A DNA stretch of 64,000 nt from an uncultured Clostridia bacterium (GTDB lineage: Bacteria > Bacillota > Clostridia > Christensenellales > UBA1242), in the NCBI GenBank assembly GCA_944383685.1, contig CALWQM010000011.1, positions 18,970 to 82,969 of the forward strand, in the 5' to 3' direction. This document shows positions 17,395 through 27,478 of the stretch, one piece after another. Each line of letters starts with the position of its first letter. Positions within the stretch are counted from its first letter, which is position 1. A program made the position numbers and the translations under genes. Below the pieces are notes generated by a model. That model did not search any database, had not been told where the DNA came from, and worked only from the letters and a program-made list of their open reading frames with translations.

Positions 17395-18676
17395 TTATAA
17401 ACCTCAAAACAATTTCTTTAAACTTTTCGCCACGTTCTGCATATGAAGCAAATTCATCATAACTTGAACATGCAGGAGAAAGCAAAACAACATCTCCTTT
17501 TTCAGCTTGCCTACAAGCATAGTAAACTGCATCTGCAAATTTGTCTATACTGGACACTTTTTGTTTATGAACACATGCACAGTTATAAATACTTTCTTTA
17601 TCCTCACCAAAACAAACCACCTCTTTAAAGTGCGTTTTAAAAATTTCGTCATAGGGATATCTTTTCCCTCTGCCACCCAGCAAGAGAATGATATTTCTGT
17701 TTTTATAAGCAGAAACTGCATTTAAAGTTGATGCAACATTTGTTGCCTTGCTGTCATCAACATACAAAATTTCATTTTTTTCACCAACAACTTCCAACCT
17801 GTGTGAAGCGGGTTGAAAAGAATTTATGGCATTCTCAATAACATTTTTTTTCAGTTTAAAACCAAGCGTTAATGCCACACTTGCAAGAATATTCTCAACG
17901 TTTTTATCCCCTTTAAGATGGCTATTTTCTATTGATGCTATCAGTTTTTTGTTGTAATATATTTGATTATTTTTCAAATAAACACCCTTTTTAAGTTTAT
18001 TTTTTGAAAAATATAAATATTTTTTATCTAAAATAAGCCTTTTTGACATTTCATCATCTAAATTCAAAATATTAAGTTTGGCAAATTTTAATAACTTTGT
18101 TTTACAATCAATATAATCTTGAAATGTTCCATGCCTGTCCAAATGGTCTGGTTGGATATTTAAAACTGTTCCTACATTACATCTAAAAATTGAAGAACTT
18201 TCAAGTTGAAAGCTGCTTACTTCACAAACCACAACAGAATTTTTTGTTGTGGCTTTACATATTGATGAGATTGGCAAACCAATATTGCCACAAAGAAAAG
18301 TTTCATACCCCGCATCCTTTAACATCTTGTTTATGAGCATGCATGTGGTCGTCTTTCCATTTGTGCCAGTAACTGCAATAATTTTACCTTTGCAAAACAT
18401 ATATCCAAGGTCTAGTTCCGAAAGAATTTTGGTTTTATTTTTCTTTAAAATTTCAATGTACGGATTGTTTTTAATTTTAACACCTGGACTTATTATACAA
18501 TAGTCAAATTTCTCCTTTTCAATATGGCTGACATACCCCACATGGTCGGTATAGTTTATGTTGTCATCATAAAAGAAAACGTAAGCTTTAAGTGATGTCA
18601 AAAGTTTTATGGCACTTCGTCCACTATCTCCAAGTCCATAAACTAAACATCTCTTATTTTTGAACCTATATCTCAT
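17387..18676 (-). CDS. murD: UDP-N-acetylmuramoylalanine--D-glutamate ligase
   Basis: GLGDSGRS N-terminus, VTGTNGKTTT P-loop, position between mraY and ftsW. Confidence 0.9.
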   Translation of the reverse strand: MRYRFKNKRCLVYGLGDSGRSAIKLLTSLKAYVFFYDDNINYTDHVGYVSHIEKEKFDYCIISPGVKIKNNPYIEILKKNKTKILSELDLGYMFCKGKIIAVTGTNGKTTTCMLINKMLKDAGYETFLCGNIGLPISSICKATTKNSVVVCEVSSFQLESSSIFRCNVGTVLNIQPDHLDRHGTFQDYIDCKTKLLKFAKLNILNLDDEMSKRLILDKKYLYFSKNKLKKGVYLKNNQIYYNKKLIASIENSHLKGDKNVENILASVALTLGFKLKKNVIENAINSFQPASHRLEVVGEKNEILYVDDSKATNVASTLNAVSAYKNRNIILLLGGRGKRYPYDEIFKTHFKEVVCFGEDKESIYNCACVHKQKVSSIDKFADAVYYACRQAEKGDVVLLSPACSSYDEFASYAERGEKFKEIVLRFISD

Positions 18677-18699
18677 TTTCCCCGCCTTTACAAAAGCGG

Positions 18700-19662
18700 T
18701 TAAACAATAAGATAAACTCCAAGCACAATTAAAGATATAACCGCTGTTATACTTATATATACGATAACAATTCGGTTTTCATGCACACCTTTTTGCTCAA
18801 AATGATGGTGAAGGGGCGCCATCAAGAAAATTCTTTTCCCTTTGGTCTTTTTAAAATATAAAACTTGCAAAATATCCGAAACCGCTGAAAGAACAAACAT
18901 AATCCCCATAATTGGCAATATGAGTTCTAAACCCGTCAAAACTGCAACTGTTCCAATAAAACCGCCAAGTGCAAGCGAACCTGTGTCACCCATGAAAATT
19001 TTTGCAGGAAAACAGTTAAACATCAAAAATCCTAAAAGACCACCACATAAAGAAAATGTAATAATTGCAAGATTTGACATTTCAATAGAATTAAATAATG
19101 TAAGCAAAATTCCAAAAATCAGCAAATACACAAAACTAACTCCACCGGCAAGTCCATCTAACCCATCTGTTAAATTGACACTGTTAGTGGTGGCAATAAG
19201 CACAAGAATAACAAGTGGAATAATGAAAGCCCCTATGTCAAATGTTATTCCAAAAAAATTTAAGCTTGTCCTGCCAGAAAAATAAATATACAAACTGACA
19301 ATTAAGGCAAGTCCAAATTGCCCTATAATTTTTTGATATGGCCTTAACCCCTCGTTGTGGTGATATCTTATTTTTATGAAATCGTCTAAAAACCCAAGCA
19401 GTCCATAGGATAATGTCACTAAAATTAAAAAAATTGATGTAAACCTTTGTTCAGGAAGCAAAAAACATAATCCAACAAGCATGGCAGCCAAGAAAATCAC
19501 ACCGCCCATTGTTGGAGTCCCCTGTTTTCCAGCATGCTTGTCCACATAATGCAAAATAGTTTGAGAAGCCTTCAACTTTTTGCATACAGAAATAACAAGT
19601 GGAGCAAACAGGCATGCAAACAAAAAGGATATCACACCACTTAAAATAAATTTAATTGCCAT
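18700..19662 (-). CDS. mraY: Phospho-N-acetylmuramoyl-pentapeptide transferase
   Basis: KQGTPTMGG, NLTDGLDGLA, MGDTGSLALGG motifs. Confidence 0.95.
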   Translation of the reverse strand: MAIKFILSGVISFLFACLFAPLVISVCKKLKASQTILHYVDKHAGKQGTPTMGGVIFLAAMLVGLCFLLPEQRFTSIFLILVTLSYGLLGFLDDFIKIRYHHNEGLRPYQKIIGQFGLALIVSLYIYFSGRTSLNFFGITFDIGAFIIPLVILVLIATTNSVNLTDGLDGLAGGVSFVYLLIFGILLTLFNSIEMSNLAIITFSLCGGLLGFLMFNCFPAKIFMGDTGSLALGGFIGTVAVLTGLELILPIMGIMFVLSAVSDILQVLYFKKTKGKRIFLMAPLHHHFEQKGVHENRIVIVYISITAVISLIVLGVYLIV

Positions 19663-21118
19663 ATTTCTCCTTTATAGATTTTTCCGTTTCATTTTTAATA
19701 ATTTTATAAATCACATCAAAGTCATTATAATCTAATTTTTTATCACCAACAATTTGATATTTCTCTCCACCCTTTCCAGCAATCACAAGCACATCATCTT
19801 TCTTGGCATAATTCACCATTTTTTCAATTGCCAGCTTCCTATCAGGCTCCACAAAATGAGATTTTTTCATTCCCTTCTCAATATCCTTAATTATATCCAG
19901 CGAATTTTCAAATCTTGGGTTATCATCTGTCAAACAAACATAGTCACAATATTTTTCTGCAATAGTGCCCATTTTATGTCTTTTGTCCTTATCACGATTT
20001 CCACCACATCCAAAAACACAATATAAATTTCCCATGCACAATTCTTTTGCCACACTTAAAACCTTTTCTAAACCATCTGGTGTATGTGCAAAATCTATGA
20101 CAATATTTTTATCTTTAAACTTAATAACATTAAATCTTCCCTCAACAGGGTTAATGTATCTTAAACTTTCCACAGCTTTTTCAAGGTCAATTCCAAGATT
20201 GACACAAACAGAAAGCCCTGCCAGTGTGTTAAGAACATTATACCCACCAATCAAATTAGTATTCACATTATAAATTTCATCCAAAACATTGCAATAAAAA
20301 TCTGTATGTGAAAAATCTCCATTTATGTTGACCGCAAAAACATCCGCTGGATTTTCAAGTCCATAGGATATTGTTGGCAATGTTATTCTTCGCAATAACT
20401 CTCTCCCACTTTCATCATCTGCACATATAACTGCACTTTTCATAGTTTTAGGAACAAACAAGGAAAGTTTACAATTTTTATAATTTTCCATAGAACCAAA
20501 ATAATCCAAATGGTCCTGTGTTATATTTGTTAAAACTCCAACATCAAATGTGATTCCATGGATTCTTTTTTGTGCAATGGCATGTGCTGAAACTTCCATA
20601 ACAACATATTCAACACCACTCTTTTGCATTTGCGAAAATGACTTTTGAAGCACATCAACGTCAGGGGTTGTCATGGAATAATCTTCTGTTTGGCCGTCAA
20701 ATTCAATTCCCATCGTTCCAATTGTTGCAACTTTTTTTCCAGCAAATCTTAAAATCTCGCTTATAACATGTGCACAGGTTGTTTTCCCATTTGTGCCAGT
20801 AATACCGATAATCTTCAACTTCTTTGACGGATTATCATAAAAATTGCAACAACATTCGCCAAAACATTCACGAATATCACTTGCCAAACATAACTTTTCA
20901 ATTGGTAACTTTATTTGACTTACAACAAACTTTGCACCCCTTTCAAGTGCCTCTTTGGAATATTTTAAGGAATTTTCGTAATCCTCACATAGGTTAAAAA
21001 ATATTTCACCATTTGAAATAGTTTTACTTTCTTGACTGAGTCCAACAACTTCTTCATTTAAAAAAGCCGTGTTCAAAATTTTTGTTTTTCCTAAAATATC
21101 TCCAAACCTCATCTCCAA
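19652..21118 (-). CDS. murE: UDP-N-acetylmuramoyl-L-alanyl-D-glutamate--(diamino acid) ligase
   Basis: ITGTNGKTT P-loop and overall Mur ligase pattern. Upstream of mraY. Confidence 0.9.
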   Translation of the reverse strand: MEMRFGDILGKTKILNTAFLNEEVVGLSQESKTISNGEIFFNLCEDYENSLKYSKEALERGAKFVVSQIKLPIEKLCLASDIRECFGECCCNFYDNPSKKLKIIGITGTNGKTTCAHVISEILRFAGKKVATIGTMGIEFDGQTEDYSMTTPDVDVLQKSFSQMQKSGVEYVVMEVSAHAIAQKRIHGITFDVGVLTNITQDHLDYFGSMENYKNCKLSLFVPKTMKSAVICADDESGRELLRRITLPTISYGLENPADVFAVNINGDFSHTDFYCNVLDEIYNVNTNLIGGYNVLNTLAGLSVCVNLGIDLEKAVESLRYINPVEGRFNVIKFKDKNIVIDFAHTPDGLEKVLSVAKELCMGNLYCVFGCGGNRDKDKRHKMGTIAEKYCDYVCLTDDNPRFENSLDIIKDIEKGMKKSHFVEPDRKLAIEKMVNYAKKDDVLVIAGKGGEKYQIVGDKKLDYNDFDVIYKIIKNETEKSIKEKYGN

Positions 21119-21251
21119 CTCCCTTTATATAGTTTAATATGTTAAGACTAAGATTTTGTTGCCAATAACAAAAATAGTCAAAATAAGACAAAAAAATTTT
21201 ACTTTTAAACAAAAACTGTGGTATGCTATTATAGACTTAAATGGAGATATA

Positions 21252-22205
21252 ATGAAAAGACAAGATTTTATCAATAACCCTGCTTTGCTATTAAAAGAAA
21301 AAGCACATATTGAACAACTTAACAACTATGCCGTTAGTGACATAGAAGGTTTTATTACAAGTGAAGAAGAAAAATATCATAAACAAGTTGATGAGCTTGT
21401 TGCAGACTTTCTTGCATTCGGCAATAAAAGGGTTATCCTTCTTTGCGGCCCAACCTCTGCCGGAAAAACCACAACTTCAAAAATTATCAAACAAAAACTT
21501 AGTGAATATGGCTACAACTCAATAACCATTTCATTGGATAATTTTTTGGTTCCACTTAATGAAAGGGCTGTTTTAAGTGATGGCTCACTTGACTATGACA
21601 GTTTTTCCACAATCAACACAAAACAACTTAATAGGTTTTTAAAAGAACTTTTAACAAACAAAGAGGCCGAAATGCCAATTTACAATTTTGTTAAAAACAG
21701 GCCAGAAGACCATGGGCAAGTTGTGACGATTAAAGACAAAACTGTAATCATCATGGAAGGCTTGCATGCATTAAATCCTAACCTATTAAATTATGATGAT
21801 AACCAAAACTTTGCATATAAAATTTACATTGCTCCAAATGTGGATTTCTATCTTGATAACAAAATAATTTTGGAAGCAAAAAAATTAAGATTGATGCGCC
21901 GTTGCATAAGAGATTATTACAACCGTGGAGCAACCATTGAGCAAACCTTAAAAACTTGGGAACATACTGTTGCCAGTGAAAATCTTTATATAAAACCATA
22001 CAAACAAACTGTTGACTACATCATCAACTCAACACATAAATATGAATTGATGCTATATGCAAAATACCTTAAACCGCTTTTATATACTACCGAAAATAAC
22101 GAAGAAATTTATGAACTAATCAAACCACTTGACGCATGTGAACAGATAAATAAAATATTAATTCCAGATGACTCTATGCTTTGGGAATTTATAAATAAAA
22201 ACTAA
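21252..22205 (+). CDS. Uridine kinase family nucleoside kinase-like protein
   Basis: CGPTSAGKTTTS P-loop with a following LDNF motif. Start trimmed to MKRQDF after a GGAG RBS. Confidence 0.65.
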   Translation: MKRQDFINNPALLLKEKAHIEQLNNYAVSDIEGFITSEEEKYHKQVDELVADFLAFGNKRVILLCGPTSAGKTTTSKIIKQKLSEYGYNSITISLDNFLVPLNERAVLSDGSLDYDSFSTINTKQLNRFLKELLTNKEAEMPIYNFVKNRPEDHGQVVTIKDKTVIIMEGLHALNPNLLNYDDNQNFAYKIYIAPNVDFYLDNKIILEAKKLRLMRRCIRDYYNRGATIEQTLKTWEHTVASENLYIKPYKQTVDYIINSTHKYELMLYAKYLKPLLYTTENNEEIYELIKPLDACEQINKILIPDDSMLWEFINKN

Positions 22206-22231
22206 AAAACTAGAAATTTTCTAGTTTTTTT
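22204..22231. terminator. Bidirectional terminator
   Basis: AAAAAACTAGAAAttttCTAGTTTTTTT. Confidence 0.7.
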
Positions 22232-22263
22232 ATTAAAATTTTATCTTTTTTATGTATTTTTGA

Positions 22264-23388
22264 TTATTTTTGCTTACTTGTAAAATCAATCTTTTCAAAA
22301 AGTGTTAAAGCGTCACTATCATATGCAGAAACAAATTGTTCATTTTTAAATCTTTCCAACCCCTCTTCAATCAAACAGTCAATTAAATCTTTAAACCTCA
22401 AATCTTTAAAAAGATAAAAAGCCATCGAACCAGGGATTGAATTAATTTCATTTACATAAAGTTTTTGCATAACATTGTCATAAATAAAGTCAACTCTAAT
22501 CACTCCATAGCACCCAAAAGCTCTGTAAACTTTTTCTGTAAGATTTTTAATTTTTAAAGTTAAAGACTTATCAGTTTTATCAACCTTTTTCACTCCCTCT
22601 TTAAGGTATTTATCTTCAAAGGAATAAATACCTTCACTTTTTTCAACCTTTTGTATGCTTGATATTTTCAAGTCATTGTTCATGTGAACACATGCACAAT
22701 TATACTCAGTTATATCAGGTAAATATTTTTCAACTAAGATTCGATTGTCAAATCTAAAACAAAAGTCAATATAATTTTTTATATCTTTTTTCTCGTAACA
22801 AATTTTTATCCCAATAGAACTACCCAAATTTGCAGGCTTTAAAATAAGCGGAAATTTTAACTTTGAGACAATTTGATTTATATACCTATCTTTATTTTTC
22901 ACATATTCTTCAAAAACTAAACTAACATATGGAAGATATGGCAGTTTGCGGGAAAGCAAAACATCTTTCATGAAAATTTTGTCCATTATTATTGCACTTG
23001 ACTTTACATCACAACTTGAATATGGAATATGAGAATTATAAAGCATACCCTGCAAAGCACCATCTTCCCCATGTTTTCCGTGAGTGCATAAAAGTGCAAA
23101 ATTGACATTTATAAACTTTGAGTATTTATTGTTTTTTCTTAGTGCTATATAAGGCTTGCCGGAAATTAAGGTAACAAACTTAACTTTTTTTCCTTTCTTC
23201 ATGAAATCATGATATATGCTTACATCCTGCATATTTTCCGCCGTCAGCCAAGTCCCGTTTTTTGCTATGTAAATTGGCACAACATTATAAATTGAATCTA
23301 TGTTTTTTAAAGTTTGCAAAGCGGTTATGACAGAAATATCATGCTCAACACTTTCCCCACCAAAAATTAACAATATATTTTTTCTCAT
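22264..23388 (-). CDS. ddl: D-alanine--D-alanine ligase
   Basis: FGGESVEHDISV N-terminus and ATP-grasp C-terminus (VNEINSIPG). Confidence 0.9.
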   Translation of the reverse strand: MRKNILLIFGGESVEHDISVITALQTLKNIDSIYNVVPIYIAKNGTWLTAENMQDVSIYHDFMKKGKKVKFVTLISGKPYIALRKNNKYSKFINVNFALLCTHGKHGEDGALQGMLYNSHIPYSSCDVKSSAIIMDKIFMKDVLLSRKLPYLPYVSLVFEEYVKNKDRYINQIVSKLKFPLILKPANLGSSIGIKICYEKKDIKNYIDFCFRFDNRILVEKYLPDITEYNCACVHMNNDLKISSIQKVEKSEGIYSFEDKYLKEGVKKVDKTDKSLTLKIKNLTEKVYRAFGCYGVIRVDFIYDNVMQKLYVNEINSIPGSMAFYLFKDLRFKDLIDCLIEEGLERFKNEQFVSAYDSDALTLFEKIDFTSKQK

Positions 23389-23533
23389 ATTTTTTCCTTT
23401 CTTTTTTATATATGAAAAATTAATTTTATATGTTAAATAATATTTTTAAAATATTTTTTTAATTTTTTGTTATTTTTTAATATTTTTTCAATAATTTTTA
23501 TTATTTTTTGATATTTTAATTTATTTTTTATAT

Positions 23534-24946
23534 TTATTTATAATTATCCGGCAAATCATTTTCAAATAAAACAATATCATTTGCTTGCAATATTTTTTTC
23601 AATATTTCTTTTTGCTCTTTCCTTGACTTTGCATGATAAACATTTTTCATGTCAAAATTTTCCGCTTTAAGCCCTTCTATAATAGCTTTATAGTTTACTT
23701 CATTCATCACAACAACAATATCACAAACTTTCGCAACAAGCTTTGCAATTTCAAAATTCATATCAAATTGTTTGCCACCAAGTTCAACCATACCTGGTGT
23801 TACCAAAATTTTCTTAGCATGGAACTTACTTAACACATCAAGCGCCTGTTTAAACCCTTCAAAATTACTGTTATAAGAATCATCAATAATGTTAGCATAT
23901 CCCTTAATTAATTCCATTCTGTGAGGTATTGCTTTAAGAAGTGAAATACCTTTTTTTATATCTAACAAATTCACCCCAAGAAGATATGCCAAGGCTGAGG
24001 CTGTGACTATATTATCAACACTCGCTTTTCCCAATAAATTTGTGGAAACTTCAATGCTTTGGCTTTCAATATGCAAGTTGAAATACGTTTTTAAGTTTTT
24101 GAAATTCACATTTGTTGCATAAGCAAAAGAGTTCTCTTCACCTATTAAATATTTTTTCTTTTCACAACGTTCATAAAGTTTTTTGTTTGAATCACTTTTG
24201 GCATTGATAATCATAAAATCTTGCACATTTTCACAAATCTCAAATTTGGTGTTTTCAACATTTTCCAAGGTCTTAAAGGTTTCAATGTGACAATTCCCAA
24301 CTGGGGTGAGAACACCATAATCTGCGCCAACAAGCTTGCAAAGAAATTCTATATCGCCAATATGCCTAGCCCCCATTTCCACAATAAAAAAATCATCTTT
24401 CTCTGTAAGGTTTTCTAGTATCGTTTTGCAAACTCCCATTGGCGTATTGTAACTTTTGGGTGTTGCACAAACTTTAAACTTTTGAGATAAGATTTGAAAC
24501 AAAATGTTTTTTGTGCTTGTTTTACCAAAACTCCCTGTTATTGCAATTTTCTTACACGGCATGGTTTTAAGTTTATTTTTCGCTTTTTTAATATATGAAC
24601 ATATTATCAACTTTTCAGCTGGAAGAATTAGATAATGAGTTATTATCATAAGCACTGGCAAAAATATTATACCCACAAACATAACAATTAAATTTAAATA
24701 ATATTTTGTTAAAAAGTAAAAAATTAATGAAAAAATAATAAAAAATAGCAAAAATTCGCAAAAAATATATCTTTTTATGCGATTTGTTAAAACCAATTTA
24801 TTTTTATCTCCAAAAGCCAAATTGAATTTAAATACTCTTGAAACAAATTTAAGTGGTTTGTAATTTTCAAGTTGATACACTTTGATCAGTGGCAAGCTGA
24901 GCAAAACCATAGCAACCGAATAGAAAAATCCTGCTAAAAAGACCAT
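23534..24946 (-). CDS. murF: Mur ligase, probable MurF, with an N-terminal multi-TM segment
   Basis: ITGSFGKTSTK P-loop plus Mur ligase middle and C domains. Directly upstream of ddl. The first ~110 aa are hydrophobic helices. Confidence 0.75.
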   Translation of the reverse strand: MVFLAGFFYSVAMVLLSLPLIKVYQLENYKPLKFVSRVFKFNLAFGDKNKLVLTNRIKRYIFCEFLLFFIIFSLIFYFLTKYYLNLIVMFVGIIFLPVLMIITHYLILPAEKLIICSYIKKAKNKLKTMPCKKIAITGSFGKTSTKNILFQILSQKFKVCATPKSYNTPMGVCKTILENLTEKDDFFIVEMGARHIGDIEFLCKLVGADYGVLTPVGNCHIETFKTLENVENTKFEICENVQDFMIINAKSDSNKKLYERCEKKKYLIGEENSFAYATNVNFKNLKTYFNLHIESQSIEVSTNLLGKASVDNIVTASALAYLLGVNLLDIKKGISLLKAIPHRMELIKGYANIIDDSYNSNFEGFKQALDVLSKFHAKKILVTPGMVELGGKQFDMNFEIAKLVAKVCDIVVVMNEVNYKAIIEGLKAENFDMKNVYHAKSRKEQKEILKKILQANDIVLFENDLPDNYK

Positions 24947-25671
24947 TATTCCCCCTTATTTATAAAACTCTTCATTTCCTTTAAAAACTTATATTTGTTG
25001 TCATTAAAACAAAAATGCCCACTGTTTTCTATGAACACTAATTTACTTTTTCTAATTTTTTTATGAAGTTTTTTTGCCATATAACAGGGTGTCGTCTTGT
25101 CGTTTTTACCAAATATAATCAATGTTTTAGCTTCAACATTAGGCAAGAAATCATCCAATGTCGTTTTAACAATACTGTTAAAAACCTTTCTCATATCCTC
25201 ATCAAGCGCAAGATAATCACAACTCCCAAACTTACTGACATCTAAGTGAAGTTTTCTTCTCATTTTATAACGCCAAATTTTAAAGTAATATGATGGTTTT
25301 CTGTGCGGTTTAATTCCAGCGCTATCTATTAAAACAACTTTTTCCACTCTTGATTTGCAAAATGCGGAATATAGAATTGCAACTCGCCCGCCAAATGAAT
25401 GCCCTATCAGGTTAACTTTATGTATTCCTAAATGTTCACAAAGTGAAACAACCATTGTGGTGTATGAGAAAATTGTCCACCCTTTTATTTTTTTCTCACT
25501 TTTACCAAAAGGCGGAAAATCAACAAAAAGTGCAGAGTTTGGAAGATAGTCTTTACAAAAAAATAGCGACTCATAATTTGCACCCCAACCATGCAAATAA
25601 ACATCACAAACAGCACTGTTTTTGTTTATGTAACGATAAAAAATTCGACAGTTTTTATACTTATAAATCAT
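24946..25671 (-). CDS. Alpha/beta hydrolase
   Basis: GHSFGG nucleophile elbow. Its stop overlaps the murF start. Confidence 0.7.
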   Translation of the reverse strand: MIYKYKNCRIFYRYINKNSAVCDVYLHGWGANYESLFFCKDYLPNSALFVDFPPFGKSEKKIKGWTIFSYTTMVVSLCEHLGIHKVNLIGHSFGGRVAILYSAFCKSRVEKVVLIDSAGIKPHRKPSYYFKIWRYKMRRKLHLDVSKFGSCDYLALDEDMRKVFNSIVKTTLDDFLPNVEAKTLIIFGKNDKTTPCYMAKKLHKKIRKSKLVFIENSGHFCFNDNKYKFLKEMKSFINKGE

Positions 25672-25775
25672 ATTCTCATTTTATGCCCAATCTAATTTTA
25701 AGTTACCTTGAAAGATAATTTTAAATGCCTTTAAGCAAAATAAAATTGTCAAAATTTAAAAGTGTTAGAATTTTT

Positions 25776-27035
25776 CTAGTAAATAAACTTATTTTCATAT
25801 AAACTTGCTGGCAAATCACCTGCACCAATAAACACCAAAACATCTTCTTTTTTTAAGGTTGTGAACAAGGTTTTCATAAGTATCTTTAAATTTGAACAAT
25901 ATTTTAAATTTTTATTTTCAATAAGTTCACTCAGCCTTTTTGCGCTTATGCCATCTTTAACATTTTCCCTTGCTTCATAAGTTTTAAATAGTATCAAATT
26001 ATCTACCTTTTCAAACAGCTTTTTAAAGTCTTTCAAAAGCGTTAAAGTTCTTGAATAAGTATGGGGTTGAAAAATATATACAATCTTTTTGCCCTTAAAA
26101 ACTTTCTCACAAGTTTTTATTGTGTTTTTTATTTCAGTTGGGTGATGTGCATAGTCCACTATCACAGTGTTAAAATATTTGCAATTAACTTTTTCAAATC
26201 TTCTTTTTACCCCTTTGAAACTTTCAAGCCCCTTTTTAATAATGCAATCAGGCAGATTTAGAAGTTTACATACCCTGTATGCATAAATACAGTTAAAAAC
26301 ATTAACTTCTTCACAGATGTTCATATTTAAAGATAAGCATTTTTTCTTTTCATGATAAATTGAAAAGCATAACTTTCCATTTTTATACCTTATATTTGAA
26401 GGGTAATAACTTGAATCTTGCTCAACAACAAACTTGCTTTGCTTCATAAAAGTTTTAAAGGAATTTAGTTCATTTGAAAAGGTTTTGAAATAGTCCATAT
26501 GCTCTTTTTCAATATTTGTAACAACACTAATATAAGGATACAAATATAAAAAATTATCATGATATTCACATGCTTCTGTAACAAAATATTTTTTATCACC
26601 AACAACAACATTTGTCTTTTCTTCGCATAAAACACCACCCAAATGCAGTGTGGGTCTTTCACCAGCCTCTTTCAAAACATTATATATCAATGCTGTTGTG
26701 GTGGTCTTTCCATGAGAACCAGCAACTGCTATCACATTTTCGTAAGAATTTGCTATTTTACCAAGCATTTCTCCACGGCTCAAAATTTTTTTATTTAGTT
26801 TTTTAGCATAAATCATGTCGCAATTATCACCTTTAATTGCAGATGAAAAGGCCACAACATCCGCCTTTGCAATCTCTTTTAAATTACTTTCATAAAAAAT
26901 CTCAATTCCATAAGCCTTTAAAATTTCATTTTTTGTTATCAAATCGCTTCCACAAACATGATTTCCTTGTTGTGCCAAAAGAACTGCTAGAGCACTCATG
27001 GAAATGCCGTTTATCCCAATAAAATAATAATTCAT
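25776..27035 (-). CDS. murC: UDP-N-acetylmuramate--L-alanine ligase
   Basis: GINGISMSALA, AGSHGKTTTT, DYAHHPTEI motifs. Confidence 0.9.
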   Translation of the reverse strand: MNYYFIGINGISMSALAVLLAQQGNHVCGSDLITKNEILKAYGIEIFYESNLKEIAKADVVAFSSAIKGDNCDMIYAKKLNKKILSRGEMLGKIANSYENVIAVAGSHGKTTTTALIYNVLKEAGERPTLHLGGVLCEEKTNVVVGDKKYFVTEACEYHDNFLYLYPYISVVTNIEKEHMDYFKTFSNELNSFKTFMKQSKFVVEQDSSYYPSNIRYKNGKLCFSIYHEKKKCLSLNMNICEEVNVFNCIYAYRVCKLLNLPDCIIKKGLESFKGVKRRFEKVNCKYFNTVIVDYAHHPTEIKNTIKTCEKVFKGKKIVYIFQPHTYSRTLTLLKDFKKLFEKVDNLILFKTYEARENVKDGISAKRLSELIENKNLKYCSNLKILMKTLFTTLKKEDVLVFIGAGDLPASLYENKFIY

Positions 27036-27158
27036 ACCATTTTTTATGAATTTAAAATTTTATTTGACAATATTTAAAATTTGTTTGAATTATTTTCATT
27101 ATATGCTATAATTTACTTAACCGTAGAGGTTAAATTTAAAAAAGGAAGGTATAAACAG

Positions 27159-27428
27159 TTGAAAATCACAGACATTAGAGTAAGACTTGTAAACAACAAT
27201 GAAAAACTTAAAGCGGTTGCCTCAATCACAATCGACGACGAACTTGTTGTTCACGACATCAAAGTCATCAATGGTAAGGATGGATATTTCCTTTCAATGC
27301 CATCAAGAAAAACTAACGAGGGAGAATTTAAAGACATTGTTCACCCAATCAAAACCGAAGTTAGGGAACATTTGAAGGAATTGATTCTTGCTGAATATGA
27401 AAAAGCACTTGCAAGTGAACAAAACTAA
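27159..27428 (+). CDS. spoVG: Septation/sporulation protein SpoVG
   Basis: (M)KITDIRVRLVNNNEKLKAVASITIDDELVVHDIKVI.G..G.FLSMPSRK. TTG start 7 nt after AGGAAGG. Confidence 0.9.
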   Translation: MKITDIRVRLVNNNEKLKAVASITIDDELVVHDIKVINGKDGYFLSMPSRKTNEGEFKDIVHPIKTEVREHLKELILAEYEKALASEQN

Positions 27429-27439
27429 GTGTGAATATT

Positions 27440-27468
27440 AAAAAAGTATGCGAACTGCATACTTTTTT
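27440..27468. terminator. Bidirectional terminator between spoVG and ypeB
   Basis: AAAAAAGTATGCgaacGCATACTTTTTT-type hairpin. Confidence 0.7.
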
Positions 27469-27478
27469 ATTCTTTTTG

